From Basidiobolus meristosporus CBS 931.73 (Eukaryota > Fungi > Basidiobolomycota): a DNA stretch of 53,112 nt. A program made the position numbers and the translations under genes. The DNA lies in the NCBI GenBank assembly GCA_002104905.1, contig MCFE01000610.1, positions 1 through 53,112 of the forward strand. The letters are read 5' to 3'. Under the pieces are notes generated by a model, which saw nothing but the letters and a program-made list of their open reading frames with translations, made no database searches and was not told the origin of the DNA. This document shows, piece after piece, positions 35,372-49,300 of this stretch; position 1 is the first letter of the stretch; each line of letters opens with the position of its first letter.

Positions 35372-37970
35372 ATGGTAGCAGCAATTTAACAGAAATCTCC
35401 CTCCTAAAGAAAGAAAGAGCCCCCCTCAAGATGTTAGAAAATCAAGAATGGATGAATGATATGCAACAAATCTTGGCCCAACAGCATCAGCTACTCTGGA
35501 TCCTTAGCAAGAAGCAACAAGATATGACTACCTTGACTCAGAGCCCGCAAAATCCTGTCAAGAGCAACCCCAGTGTGAAGGATAACCAGTACTATAATAT
35601 AGTCAATGAAAACCAGGGAACTTGGTTATTCCAGACTGAAGAAGTTTTTAGGCTAAAGGAAATGATCAAGGAAGCAACTTGCCTTATGCAACCTCTTGCT
35701 TAGTAAATGCATTATTACTGTGGTACCACAAAAAGATCAGGTCTCCAACATAATGGGATGCTCTACAATCTCTGCCTAGGATGAGCTTGTTTTGGATATT
35801 CAGGATGCTTTTGAATCCTTACACCAGCTAACACACACAAGAAGGAGGTTAAAGATATGCATACATAAAGGAATGGTACAAGAATACATGTATGAGAATA
35901 GATGTCTATTTGGACAAGTCAATACAATGGACCCACTGGATCAAGTTTAACACTCCATTGATGTGTACAATGAAAGAATTTGCAAGGTAGCAAATTATAA
36001 AAGACCTCAGACTATTGAAGAAGCCATAGCAATATGACTTAAAAGCTGGAATCAACTTGGAGCCCACCAAAGCAACATCAATCTCAACTGCTGAAGGGAA
36101 CTCTTTTGTAATCAACCATATTATTCAGCCAGTGAGAATAAATATGAACAACTATGAAGAAGACTCACAGGCCTAAACATTTGTGAGCTGCAAGTTTAAC
36201 GTTGTACTTGGGAAAATATGGCCATTCTGTTGTAGCTCATTGAACAACTGGATAATTTGTGCCACCTACAGCAAGAAGGACAACAAGACCTATGAGCTCT
36301 TACTTGTCACACTTGACTTGAACTTGTTCAACTCCAGTATTTGTAAAACAAGTGAGCTTTGCTAGGTGCAGCACTGTAAAGCTCTCAGGAAAGGTACCCA
36401 GATGTTCCTCATGGAGGCTTTACAAGAGAACTCCTCTACCACTGTTCTCCAGAAGGTCCACACTGTTTGGAAGGAATATTACAATGTGTTTCTAGAAGAA
36501 CTCAAAAGCCTATCATCAGTCAGAGATGTGAATCATGCCATTGACACAGGAGATAGCCCTCCTTTGAACAGGACTCCTCTCAGACTGAGTCCATTGGAAG
36601 AGACAAAAGAAAATAGGTTTGTTATTGGAGAAAGGAAGTATTGGACCCAGCAAGTCACCTTGGGCAGCACCAGTGCTTTTTGTGAGAGTGAAGAATATAA
36701 CAGGTATACTGCGCATTGACTACAAAGCCCTTAACTCAGTTACTGCAAGGAGTAAGTACTCTATACCTTGGATTGATGAGCTCTTGGCCAACTCAATGGA
36801 GCCACCCTTTGCAGCAAGATTGACCTCATGTTAGGAAACAACCAAATCAAGGTGCGCCAAACAACATCCTAAAGAAAGCATTCAGGACCAGATATGACAT
36901 TAGAAATACTTAGACATAAATTTTGGCTACACCAATGCCCCTGCAACATTCATGGCCTTGATGCAAACAAATCTTCCAGGAGCACTTGGACAGGTTTGTG
37001 GTAATCCACCTATATTACATAATGACATACAGCAAGTGAGAAGAAGACCACTTGGTGCTCATTGGGAATATCTTGAAGAAGCTAAGAGATCAAGCTATAT
37101 GACAAGCAAGCAAAGTGTGAGTTCTTCAAGGAGCACATTGAATATCTCGGACACATGGTGACTAACACATTAGCAACTATAGATCTATAAAAAGTTGAAG
37201 TCATCATGATTCTGAAGCAGCCTCACAGCATATCAGAACTCAGATCATTCCTTGGAATGGTTTGCTACTGGTGGAGATCTGTCAAGTCCTTTGCAAGTAG
37301 TGCAGCCCCTTTGACAGATATCCTTAAGAAAAACAGCACCTACAAGTGGGACATTGCCCATGCAACTGCCTTGCACATGCTAAAGAATAAACTTGCTAAG
37401 CTGGCAAGCTTAACAATATCTGACTTCAGCCAAGAGTTACTCTGTGCACACATGCTTCAGACTATGCAAATGGTGAAGTACTATGCCAAGAGCATGAGGG
37501 AAAAGAATACCCAGTTACTCTCAAGTCAAAGAAACTGAACTCAGCAGAACAAAACTATGCAGTGCATAAGGAAGAGATGCTTGTTGTGCTACACTGCCTG
37601 AAGACCAGGAGATGCAACATTACAGGAGTCCAGAGCACTGTGAAGACTGATCATGTCTTACTCAAGAATATATTTCCTCAAATGGTACTATGAAGAAAAA
37701 TGGCAAGTTGTAGTGACTACACTCAGCAATCTACATATTTCAACAATTGCCATTTTACTTAGTTTATGGATCTGAACCAAAGGTTCCAGAACATCTCACA
37801 CAAAGAAAGCTTAGTAAAGCCATACAGGATGTACTCAGTCAGTCAAGTAGACACCAACAACTGGAATAACCACATCATGAGGCAAAGGTCAAATTATTGC
37901 TAGGTTCAGAAAAGATGAAGAAGAGATTTGATAAAACTATATAACCGGAGCCATCAACAGTTGGGAACTA

Positions 37971-38332
37971 TGTCTACCACTTAAGTACTCAAGTTAGCTC
38001 AGCTTTTAGTCAAATCAATTAGCTTTATTATTAGCCAATTGGTATATTAGTATTATCTGCCAGACCAGTAGTATTAATCAGTGGGTCAATCAGCAGATCC
38101 TTATCAGACTGAACCAGATGTATTAAATAAGGTCTATTTGAGTGATAATGATACAATCAAATGAGTCATCAGCCACAACCTACATTAGGAAATTCAAACA
38201 GTCAGCAATTGATATGGCAAATATACTCAAGGAGCTGTTGAACCCTCCACAAAAATAAGTTCAAGTTTTAGTGAAAATAATATTTAGTAAACTCTCTAAT
38301 CTTCCACAACTTTTATACCAAGCCTTGTAACA
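37971..38332 (+). repeat. 3' LTR of element 1 (~362 bp, TG...CA)
   Basis: tgtctaccac...ttgtaaca; aligns with the 5' LTR (e.g. cagcagatccttatcagactgaa). Confidence 0.8.
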
Positions 38333-39299
38333 AGGCCATATTTTGCAGATTTCCATACGGGAAATGGTCTTGGAATACTCAAATGATTGAGTTGAGATTG
38401 AATGAGTATTGCCTTACATATATAACTACATATGTTGCACAAAGATTTCAAATTGATAATGAAGTATTAAACATCTAAGGGCCCAATTCCAACACCTACT
38501 ACTGGCAATACCTGCACCACTGAAGCTCCAATCAGTATACTATGCTTAGGCTGGTGCTTCCAATAGATTCACAGACTTTAGCACTAGTAATGACAGTAGC
38601 TTGAGTTCAGAATGAGATACCACTTGCAAAGTAGGTTGATAGAAAGTGTATGCTAGGCATGTATATAAGTTTCACAATATGTACTATGTGGGCAGAAAGA
38701 CATTGCACAATTAGAATATACCATAGATTGCAAATCATCACACTGCATTGTATGGCAATGCAGTCCTTGTATTTCACTCCCTACAATGGAGAAGATCAAG
38801 GTCAACAATATTATCTTCCATATGGCATAGATGAAAGAATTGGTGACACCTAGCAGGTTGCAGCCTGAGATAGGCCTACTGTACTCATTTGGCACTCTAC
38901 ATGTGGTCATCTTGAAGTCTCATCATTCACAAAGTGCAACCTTAGCTTTTCTCTTTTGTTTAGTGCAACACAATAGCCACTTGGTGCGTTGCAATTGAAG
39001 TACTCTCAGGGAGTACAGTTACCTCCTGGTTCAATGATTATACAGTGTGCCATAACATTAGTGGCATTTCAACACAGATATTTTGACTCTGTTTACCATA
39101 ATATGCAATAGCTAACACACTAATGAGCACATTAGCAAGTAGCACACAATCAGCCACCATCCCTAGGGTCATGCAAAAGCTTTTGAAGTAAAGCTGTATA
39201 GTTGTATTGCCATACTAATTCATATTTTGGGAGGGAATGGTGAAAAGGGTGGGTCTTATACAACATATTACTAACTGCCTTAAGCCTTCTTGAATTAAA

Positions 39300-42200
39300 G
39301 TATGTATATTACTGTTGCAAGTCCTTCAATAAGAGTTGTAGAGGAATAGGGGGTTTAGATAGAATTCTATTCAAAAATCCTGAACTGATCTTTGTTGAGG
39401 TTCCAGCATCTGCTTCTATACACTTTGCCAGCTCAACTGTTGACCAATGGTACTTCCTGATATAGGTTATGGAAGATGACTCATTGTTTGCATCATTGTC
39501 ACCCAAATAAATCTTTATGATTCAGCATTGTCAGTAAGTCTTTCAAGCTTAAGTCTGTGTCTATAAGTTAGATTTTCTGGGATATTTCCTTGTTTGTCTA
39601 TTTGATGGTCAGTTGCAAATTGACATTCTCATGATCTTGAGTGGTCCAGTCTATTGTGGCTCAAACTTGTTCTGAATATTGTTTCTTAGCAATACAAAGT
39701 TCCCAACTCCCAAAGCCTCTGGTGATTAGTCTTATCAAATCTCTCCCTAATGTTTTCTGCATTTTTAGAGACATTGGCCTGTGTCTCCTGATGTTTTGTT
39801 CCAATTATATGTGTCTACTAGGCAGACCAAGCTCACTCTACAAGTTGTAAGTGTGAGATCTCCTGCAATCCATGATTCACATCCATACACTAAGTAAAAT
39901 GTCAATAGTTGGGATGTGTTATCATCTTAACTTTGCAGGCAAACATTGCTTGGACAATACCTTTGTCCCATTTGCTTACAGCTCCATTTTTGTACTTGGT
40001 CAGTATTTTTCCACAAAATCCATTAAACCACTCAGTGTATGTATTAGTTCTGGAGTAATATTCAAAAGTTTTCAAAAGTTTGATCTGCAGCATTTCATGT
40101 TAGGCTTTCTATGATTCTGCAACAATATATGCTTGTCTATCAGTTGAGATTCACTCAGTGCATCCAAGCTTCATCAGGATCTGATAATAAATGAAACTTT
40201 CAACTTCTTATTCATTGGCTATTTGGTGGCATGGTCAATAGGCATTAGAATCTCCTAATTGCATTTTCTAGTAATGGGCAGTCATCCAATAAAGTTGATA
40301 CCCCAAGCAACATTGGAGCATTAGGCAATAGGGCTTTCACCATTGATTTGGTTTAGTGTCTTATCCTGTACTACATATTTGTTAGCTTCATCCTGGATAA
40401 TTTTCTTGATATGTTCATCCACCTGATCAGGATTGGCTTTGTCTTCCAAGTGCCTTGGTAATAGGCTGGGCCAATCTGATTCATTAATCAGATAGAGCTG
40501 CACAACTTGTTCTAGTCTTGATAAGGCCTCAGTAGTAGTGATATTTTTCCCAGGGAAGAAGACTATCTCCAGGTCAAATTGTTGAATGTAGTCACCCCAT
40601 CTTGCTGTTTGTATGGATGGTACCCTCTGTATAAATGTACTTGAGTCAGGGGTGATCAGTCCCCACAGTGCACTTGACTCTTTCAATGTAGCTTGCCATG
40701 TCTTTAGGCAGAATATCATGGCAAGCATCTCCTGCTCATCCACTGGATAGTTTTGTTACACCTAGTTCAGTTTCTTGGACTCAAAAGCAACCAGGTATCC
40801 CTTTCTCTCATGCACTTGGCTCAGGACTGTGCCAAATGCATAATCTGAGGCTTCTATGCAGCAATTGAGCTCTTTGTGAAAATTACATAATCATGAGCTT
40901 GGCAGCTTACAAAGGTTATTGGTGAGCATCTGTAAAGCAGTATCACAGGCAATACCCCACTAGGAGGTGTATTTTGTGAGGATATGAGTCAAAGGTGCTG
41001 TAATACATGCAAAAGACTTAACAAATCTACAGTAAAACAAAACTATTACAAGAAATGATCTGAGCTCTGAAATGCTATGAGGCTGCTTTGCAATCTTAAT
41101 AACTGCCACTTTCTTGTGGTTCTGTGTCACTGCCTTGCTAGTCATTATGTATCTCAGATACTCAACATGTTCCATGAAGAACTCACACTTTGCTGGCCTA
41201 GCACAAGGCTAATTTTGCTGAACATGGTGGCTCCATTGAGTTGGTCCAAGGCTCATCAATCTGTTATATAAAGTACTTATTCCTCACAGTAACTGAGCCA
41301 AGAGCTCTGTAGTCAGTGCACATCCTAAGTATTCTATCCTTTTTTTTCACAAAAAGCACTAGCGCTCCCCAAGGTGACTTGCTGGGCCTGATGTATTCTT
41401 GTTCCAATAGTTGATCAATATACCTCTTCATCTCTTCCAAACCCAGTGGACATATCCTCTAAGGTGCCTTTCCCACTGGGGGCTATATCCTGTGTCAATA
41501 GCATGATCCACATCCTTGACTGTTGATATGCTTTAAAGTTAATCAGGGAACATATCTGAATACACCTTTGAAAGAGTTTGGATTTTCTGGGGAACTGGGG
41601 AAGAGGAATAAGCATCTAACACCACCATGAGAAACATTTGTGTATCTTTCCTAAGTGCTCTACAGTACTGAATATTTCTAATTTCACTTGTGCCCAATAC
41701 ACCGGTGCTGACCAAGTTGAACTCCAGTATGGCAGGTAGTGGGTCATAGGTCAGGTTGCCTTTTTGGCTCTGATTGGCATGGGTGCTGCAATTGATTGAT
41801 GGAATATGTTCAAATAGCCATGTTTTTCCAAGTACTAGCTCATACTTGCAGTTTCCATATGATCAGCTGTTGTGACTGAAGTTAATTTGTCAGATCCAAA
41901 TTTGATTCCTGCTTTCCAGGTAAAATGCTCTGACATTTACATGTGTGATGCCCTTGAGTCATTCATGATTTTAACAAGTACTCCATTGCTTACTTCATAC
42001 TAGTATAACAGTTTCTCTGAGCCTGAAGTCATCTGGGATAAGTATTCTTCTGTCATATAAAAGGTGAGTTCTGAGTCTTCTTCAAGTTCATCTTTCACTT
42101 TACTCTATTCTTGGCGTCAGTATGCTCAAAGATTCCAATGGTAATATTGCAAGATGGTCCCATCCAGGTGGCAATTGAAACCTAGTCCTTTCTTCTTGCA

Positions 42201-43339
42201 TTCTTGTGGGCTAGGATTCTTCTGCATAGGGCCTGTTTTCATTGGCACTGCTTCTGACTGTCTTCTTTCATAGTAGTTTTAGCTTATCTGATTAGTAAGT
42301 GTTTTCCAACTCTAAACATAGCTGATCCACAGCTGATGGCAGACTTGGTGGCTTCTTCAATAGCTTGAGGTCTCTGATAATTTTCTCCCTTATGACTTTT
42401 TTCTTCCAGCCCATCAGTGAAGTATTCAACTTGATAAAGGGGGTCTATTCTTTCAGTCTGTTCAAGTAAATGTATACATCATGAATGTATTCCTGTACCA
42501 TTGCTTTCTGTCAGAGTGGTTTCAGCTTCCTTCCTAGCAATGTCTACTGATATGGAGGCTCAAAAGTATCCTAAATTTCTGATGCAAAATCATACTAGGC
42601 AGATATAGCTGAGCATCCCATCATATTGGCTGATCTAATCTTGTTGGGATGCCATTATAGATACATTTGTCAACTAAGTGGCTGCATATTGCAGCTTACT
42701 TTCTGGCGCAATTCATTCAGCCTCAAAAGCTTGCTAGTTTAAAAGAGCCAAGTTCTTATGTTTTCATTGACTCAACCATGGTACTGGTTGACCTTCACAC
42801 TAAAGTTGCTTCGGAAAGTGTTTTGTCATGGTAGTCATTCCTAGTTCCAGCTGCCTGAGGATCTAGAGTAACTGCTGGTGTTGGGCTGAGATTTGCTGTG
42901 TAGCACTCTTAATTTTCTGACATCTCAGGAGAGGCTTCTCTATTTTCAGCTGGGAGGTTGCTGGTTGCTGCTGATACCAATGTTACAAGTATTGAAATAA
43001 GAGTTGTTGAAGAAGAGGGAGTTTGGCTATTATTATACTTGCTGAAGCTTCAGCTCATCTTTATTAAGGTCCCAGCAGCTCTTTAAATAAATTTTGCCAC
43101 TACAATTTATCTATAATTCTATTTCCTGATGTAGTATGTGGCTGATGACTTATTTGATTGCATCATCATCACATAGTTATATCATATCTAATATATAAAT
43201 TTCCATCTGATGAGAATCTTCTGATTCACCTGCTGACTGATATTACTGATTTGATAGAGAATATTGATTTGACAATTGGTTAAACATAAAACTAGTTGTT
43301 GTGACTAAAAACATGTCAAACTTGCGCATTCTGGTGTCA
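39300..43339 (-). mobile_element. Decayed Ty3/gypsy element 2, same LTR family (RT core deleted, no 3' LTR seen)
   Basis: 5' LTR 43339-42981, PBS-like TGGTATCAG at 42979-42971, RT start ([24 protein letters not shown]), RNase H (ORF 40321-40743), integrase pieces and a GPY/F-like module (~39600-39700). The left end is approximate. Confidence 0.88.
42981..43339 (-). repeat. 5' LTR of element 2 (~359 bp)
   Basis: The reverse complement aligns with the element 1 LTRs; it starts TG and ends ttgtaaca. Confidence 0.75.
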
Positions 43340-43399
43340 GATTATAGCATTACCAATCAGGTATAGGCCTGTAAAAAGGCTTCAATACTTTAACTGCTA

Positions 43400-46300
43400 A
43401 ATCTGCATAATGGTTTTGAGTCACATGCCTGTAGGCAAACAGTGATTGCGGACATCCTGATAATTCATGTGGTGGCTTTTAGTTACATGGCTGTGAGCAA
43501 CCAGTGGTTGCGGTCAAAAAGAAAATTGGTGTGCTGTCATTCAGTCACATATCTGTGGGCAATTGTTAGCTGCTGTCAGCCTGATCATGAATTTGATTGC
43601 TTTTGGTCACATGCCTGTGGGCAACCAGTAGCTGCTGACAAAATGCAAATTGGCAAGCTCAAATCAGTCACATGTCTGTGGGCAAAAAGTAGCTGCTATC
43701 AGCCTAATTATAGCAAAATGGTTTTTAGTCACATGTTTGTGGGCATGAAGTGGCTGCTGACAGCCTGATTATAGCGTTATGGTTTTGAGTCACATTTCTG
43801 TGGGCAACAAGTGGCTGCTGTCAGCCTAATTATAGGGTATTGGTTTTTAGTCACATGTCTGTGAGCAACATGTGGCTGCTGTCAGCCTGATTCTAGCATG
43901 ATGGTTTTTAGTCACATGTCTGTGGGCAACCAGTAGCTGCTGTCAGCCATATTTTAGCGTAATGGTTTTAAGTCACATGTCTGTGGGCAACAAGTGGCTG
44001 CTGTCAGCCTGATTCTAGCGTGATGGTTTTTAGTCACATGTCTGAGGGCAACCAGTGGCTGCTGTCAGCCTGATTTTAACATGAGGGTTTATGTCACATT
44101 TCTATGGTCAACAAGTGGCTGCTGTCAGCCTAAATATAGCATGATGCTTTTAAGTCACATGTCTGTGGGCAACCAGTGGCTGCTGTCAGCCTGATTCTAG
44201 CGTAATGGTTTAGTCACATGTCTGAGGGCAACCAGTGGCTGCTGTCAGCCTGATTTTAACGTGATGGTTTAGGTCACATGTCTGTGGGCAACCAGTGGCT
44301 GCTGTCAGCCTAATTCTAACGTGATGGTTTTTAGTCACATGTCTGTGGGCAACCAGTGGCTGCTGTCTGCCTGATTCTAACGTAATGGTTTAGCCACATG
44401 TCGGTGGGCAACAAGTGGCTGCTGTCAGCCTAAGTATAGCATAAGGGGTTTTAAGTCACATGTTTGTGGATAACAAGTGGCTGCTGTCAGCCTGCTTCTA
44501 GCGTAATGGTTTTAGTCATATGTCTGAGGGCAACCAGTGGCTGCTGTCAGCCTAAATATAGCATGATGGTTTCAAGTCACATGTCTGAGGGCAACATTTG
44601 GCTGCTGTCAGACTGATTCTAGCGTGATGGTTTTTAGTCACATGTCTGAGGGCAACCAGTGGCTGCTGTCAGCCTGTTTTTAACGTGATGGTTTAGGTCA
44701 CATGTCTGTGGGCAACAAGTGGCTGCTGTCAGCCTAAATATAGCATGATGGTTTTAAGTCACATGTCTGTGGGCAACCAGTGGCTGCTGTCAGCCATATT
44801 TTAGCGTAATGGTTCTAAGTCACATGTCTGGGGCAACATTTGGCTGCTGTCAGCCTGATTCTAGCGTGATGGTTTTTAGTCACATGTCTGAGGGCAACTA
44901 GTGGCTGCTGTCAGCCTGATTTTAACGTGAGGGTTTATGTCACAAATTTGCATGCAGAAATTCAGTCACATGTCTGTGGGCAACCAGTGGCTGCTGTCAG
45001 CCTAATTAAAGCGTAATAGTTTTTAGTCACATGTCTGTGGGCAACAAGTGGCTGCTGTCAGCCTGATTCTAGCGTGATGGTTTTTAGTCACATGTCTGAG
45101 GTCAACAAGTGGCTGCTGTCAGCCTAAATATAGCATGATGGTTTTAAGTCACATGTCTGTGGGCAACCAGTGGCTGCTGTCAGCCTGATTCTAGCGTAAT
45201 GGTTTAGTCACATGTCTGAGGGCAACCAGTGGCTGCTGTCAGCCTGATTTTAACATGATGGTTTATGTCACAAATTTGCATGCAGAAATTCAGTCACATG
45301 TCTGTGGGCAACAAGTGGCTGCTGACAGCCATATTTTAGGGTATTGGTTTTTAGTCACATGTCTGTGGGCAACATGTGGCTGCTGCCAGCGTGATTCTAG
45401 CATGATGGTTTTTAGTCACATGTCTGAGGGCAACCAGTGGCTGCTGTCAGCCTGATTTTAACGTGAGGGTTTATGTCACAAATTTGCATGCAGAAATTCA
45501 GTCACATGTCTGGGGGCAACCAGTGGCTGCTGTCAGCCTAATTATAGCGTAATAGTTTTTAGTCACATGTCTGTGGGCAATAAGTGGCTGCTGTCAGCCT
45601 GATTCTAGCATGATGGTTTTTAGTCACATGTCTGAGGGCAACCAGTGGCTGCTGTCAGCCTGATTTTAACGTGAGGGTTTATGTCACATTTCTGTGGTCA
45701 ACAAGTGGCTGCTGTCAGTAAGAAAACTGGCAAGCTGAAATTCAGTAACATGTCTGTGGGCAACCAGTGGCTGCTGTCAGCCTGATTCTAGCGTAATGGT
45801 TTAGTCACATGTCTGAGGGCAACCAGTGGCTGCTGTCAGCCTGATTTTAACGAGAGGGTTTATGTCACAAATTTGCATGCAGAAATTCAGTCACATGTCT
45901 GTGGGCAACAAGCGGCTGCTGTCAGCCATATTTTAGGGTATTGGTTTTTAGTCACATGTCTGTGGGCAACATGTGGCTGCTGCCAGCGTGATTCTAGCAT
46001 GATGGTTTTTAGTCACATGTCTGAGGGCAACCAGTGGCTGCTGTCAGCCTGATTTTAACGTGAGGGTTTATGTCACAAATTTGCATGCAGAAATTCAGTC
46101 ACATGTCTGTGGGCAACCAGTGGCTGCTGTCAGCCTAATTATAGCGTAATAGTTTTTAGTCACATGTCTGTGGGCAATAAGTGGCTGCTGTCAGCCTGAT
46201 TCTAACGTGATGGTTTTTAGTCACATGTCTGAGGGCAACCAGTGGCTGCTGTCAGCCTGATTTTAACGTGAGGGTTTATGTCACATTACTGTGGTCAACA

Positions 46301-49300
46301 AGTGGCTGCTGTCAGCCTAAATATAGCATGATGCTTTTAAGTCACATGTCTGTGGGCAACCAGTGGCTGCTGTCAGCCTGATTTTAACGTGAGGGTTTAC
46401 ATCACAAATTTGCATGCAGAAATTCAGTCACATGTCTGTGGGCAACCAGTGGCTGCTGTCAGCCTAATTATAGCGTAATAGTTTTTAGTCACATATCTGA
46501 GGTCAACAAGTGGCTGCTGTCAGCCTAAATATAGCATAATGGTTTTAAGTCACATGTCTGTGGGCAACCAGTGGCTGCTGTCAGCCTGATTCTAGCGTAA
46601 TGGTTTAGTCACATGTCTGAGGGCAACCAGTGGCTGCTGTCAGCCTGATTTTAACGTGAGGGTTTATGTCACAAATTTGCATGCAGAAATTCAGTCACAT
46701 GTCTGTGGGCAACAAGTGGCTGCTGTCAGCCATATTTTAGGGTATTGGTTTTTAGTCACATGTCTGTGGGCAACATGTGGCTGCTGTCAGCATGATTCTA
46801 GCGTGATGGTTTTTAGTCACATGTCTGAGGGCAACCAGTGGCAGCTGTCAGCCTGATTTTAACGTGAGGGTTTATGTCACATTTCTGTTGTCAACAAGTG
46901 GCTGATGTCAGCCTAAATATAGCATGATGCTTTTAAGTCACATGTCTGTGGGCAACCAGTGGCTGCTGTCAGCCTGATTCTAGCGTAATGGTTTTAGTCA
47001 TTTGTCTGAGGGCAACATTTGGCTGCTGTCAGCCTGTTTTTAACGTGATGGTTTAGGTCACATGTCTGTGGGCAACCAGTGGCTGCTGTCAGCCTGATTT
47101 TAACGTGATGGTTTAGGTCACATGTCTGTGGGCAACCAGTGGCTGCTGTCAGCCTAATTCTAGCGTGATGGTTTTGAGTCACATGTCTGTGGGCAACCAG
47201 TGGCTGCTGTCTGCCTGATTCTAACGTAATGGTTTAGCCACATGTTGGTGGGCAACAAGTGGCTGCTGTCAGCCTAAGTATAGCATAAGGGGTTTTAAGT
47301 CACATGTTTGTGGATAACAAGTGGCTGCTGTCAGCCTGCATCTAGCTTAATGGTTTTAGTCATTTGTCTGAGGGCAACATTTGGCTGCTGTCAGCCTGTT
47401 TTTAACGTGATGGTTTAGGTCACATGTCTGTGGGCAACAAGTGGCTGCTGTCAGCCTAAATATAGCATGATGGTTTTAAGTCACATGTCTGTGGGCAACC
47501 AGTGGCTGCTGTCAGCCTGATTCTAGCGTGATGGTTTTTAGTCACATGTCTGAGGTCAACAAGTGGCTGCTGTCAGCCTAAATATAGCATGATGGTTTTA
47601 AGTCACATGTCTGTGGGCAACCAGTGGCTGCTGTCAGGCTGATTCTAGCGTAATGGTTTAGTCACATGTCTGAGGGCAACCAGTGGCTGCTGTCAGCCAG
47701 ATTTTAACGTGAGGGTTTATGTCACAAATTTGCATGCAGAAATTCAGTCACATGTCTGTGGGCAACCAGTGGCTGCTGTCAGCCTAATTATAGCGTAATA
47801 GATTTTAGTCACATGTCTGTGGGCAACAAGTGGCTGATGTCAGCCTAAATATAGCATGATGCTTTTAAGTCACATGTCTGTGGGCAACCAGTGGCTGCTG
47901 TCAGCCTGATTCTAGCGTAATGGTTTAGTCACATGTCTGTGGGCAACCAGTGGCTGCTGTCAGCCATATTTTACCGTAATGGTTTTAAGTCACATGTCTG
48001 GGGCAACATTTGGCTGCTGTCAGCCTGATTCTATATGTCACAAATTTGCATGCAGAAATTCAGTCACATGTCTGGGGGCAACCAGTGGCTGCTGTCAGCC
48101 TAATTATAGCGTAATAGTTTTTAGTCACATGTCTGTGGGCAATAAGTGGCTGCTGTCAGCCATATTTTACCGTAATGGTTTTAAGTCACATGTCTGGGGC
48201 AACATTTGGCTGCTGTCAGCCTGATTCTAGTGTAATAGTTTTTAGTCACATGTCTGTGGGCAATAAGTGGCTGCTGTCAGCCTGATTCTAGCGTGATGGT
48301 TTTTCGTCACATGTCTGAGGGCAACCAGTGGCTGCTGTCAGCCTGATTCTAGTGTAATGGTTTAGTCACATGTCTGAGGGCAACCAGTGGCTGCTGTCAG
48401 CCTAAGTATAGCATAAGGGGTTTTAAGTCACATGTTTGTGGATTACAAGTGGCTGCTGTCAGCCTGCTTCTAGCTTAATGGTTTTAGTCATATGTCTGCG
48501 GGCAACATTTGGCTGCTGTCAGCCTGTTTTTAACGTGATGGTTTAGGTCACATGTCTGTGGGCAACAAGTGGCTGCTGTCAGCCTAAATATAGCATGATG
48601 GTTTTAAGTCACATGTCTGTGGGCAACCAGTGGCTGCTGTCAGCCTGATTCTAGCGTAATGGTTTAGTCACATGTCTGTGGGCAACCTGTGGCTGCTGTC
48701 AGCCATATTTTACCGTAATGGTTTTAAGTCACATGTCTGTGGGCAACATTTGGCTGCTGTCAGCCTAATTATAGCGTAATAGTTTTTAGTCACATGTCTG
48801 TGGGCAACAAGTGGCTGCGGTCAGCCTGATTCTAGCGTGATGGTTTTTCGTCACCTGTCTGAGGTCAACAAGTGGCTGCTGTCAGCCTAAATATAGCATG
48901 ATGGTTTTAAGTCACATGTCTGTGGGCAACCAGTGGCTGCTGTCAGCCTGATTCTAGCGTAATGGTTTAGTCACATGTCTGAGGGCAACCAGTGGCTGCT
49001 GTCAGCCTGATTTTAACGTGAGGGTTTATGTCACAAATTTGCATGCAGAAATTCAGTCACATGTTTGTGGGTAACAAGTGGCTGCTGTCAGCCATATTTT
49101 AGGGTATTTGTTTTTAGTCACATGCCTGTGGGCAACATGTGGCTGCTGTCAGCGTGATTCTAGCGTGATGGTTTTTAGTCACGTGTCTGAGGGCAACCAG
49201 TGGCTGCTGTCAGCCTGATTTTAACCTGAGGGTTTATGTCATAAATTTGCATGCAGAAATTCAGTCACATGTCTGTGGGCAACCAGTGGCTGCTGTCAGC

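Larger units (their letters stand above)
35013..38332 (+). mobile_element. Decayed Ty3/gypsy LTR retrotransposon, element 1 (integrase mostly deleted)
   Basis: Direct LTRs, PBS-like TGGTAGCA at 35373, RT motifs (SPWAAPVLFV..IDYKALN..IPWIDELL; TNAPATF), RNase H motifs (ELRSFLG..APLTDILKK; QNYAVHKEEML). Many stops and frameshifts; no TSD recognised. Confidence 0.9.

Noticed and set aside
12500-43400. Ascomycete-type RIP
   Set aside because: CpA/TpG are abundant and CpG is the depleted dinucleotide, which fits methyl-CpG decay rather than CpA-to-TpA RIP. Judged by eye, not computed.
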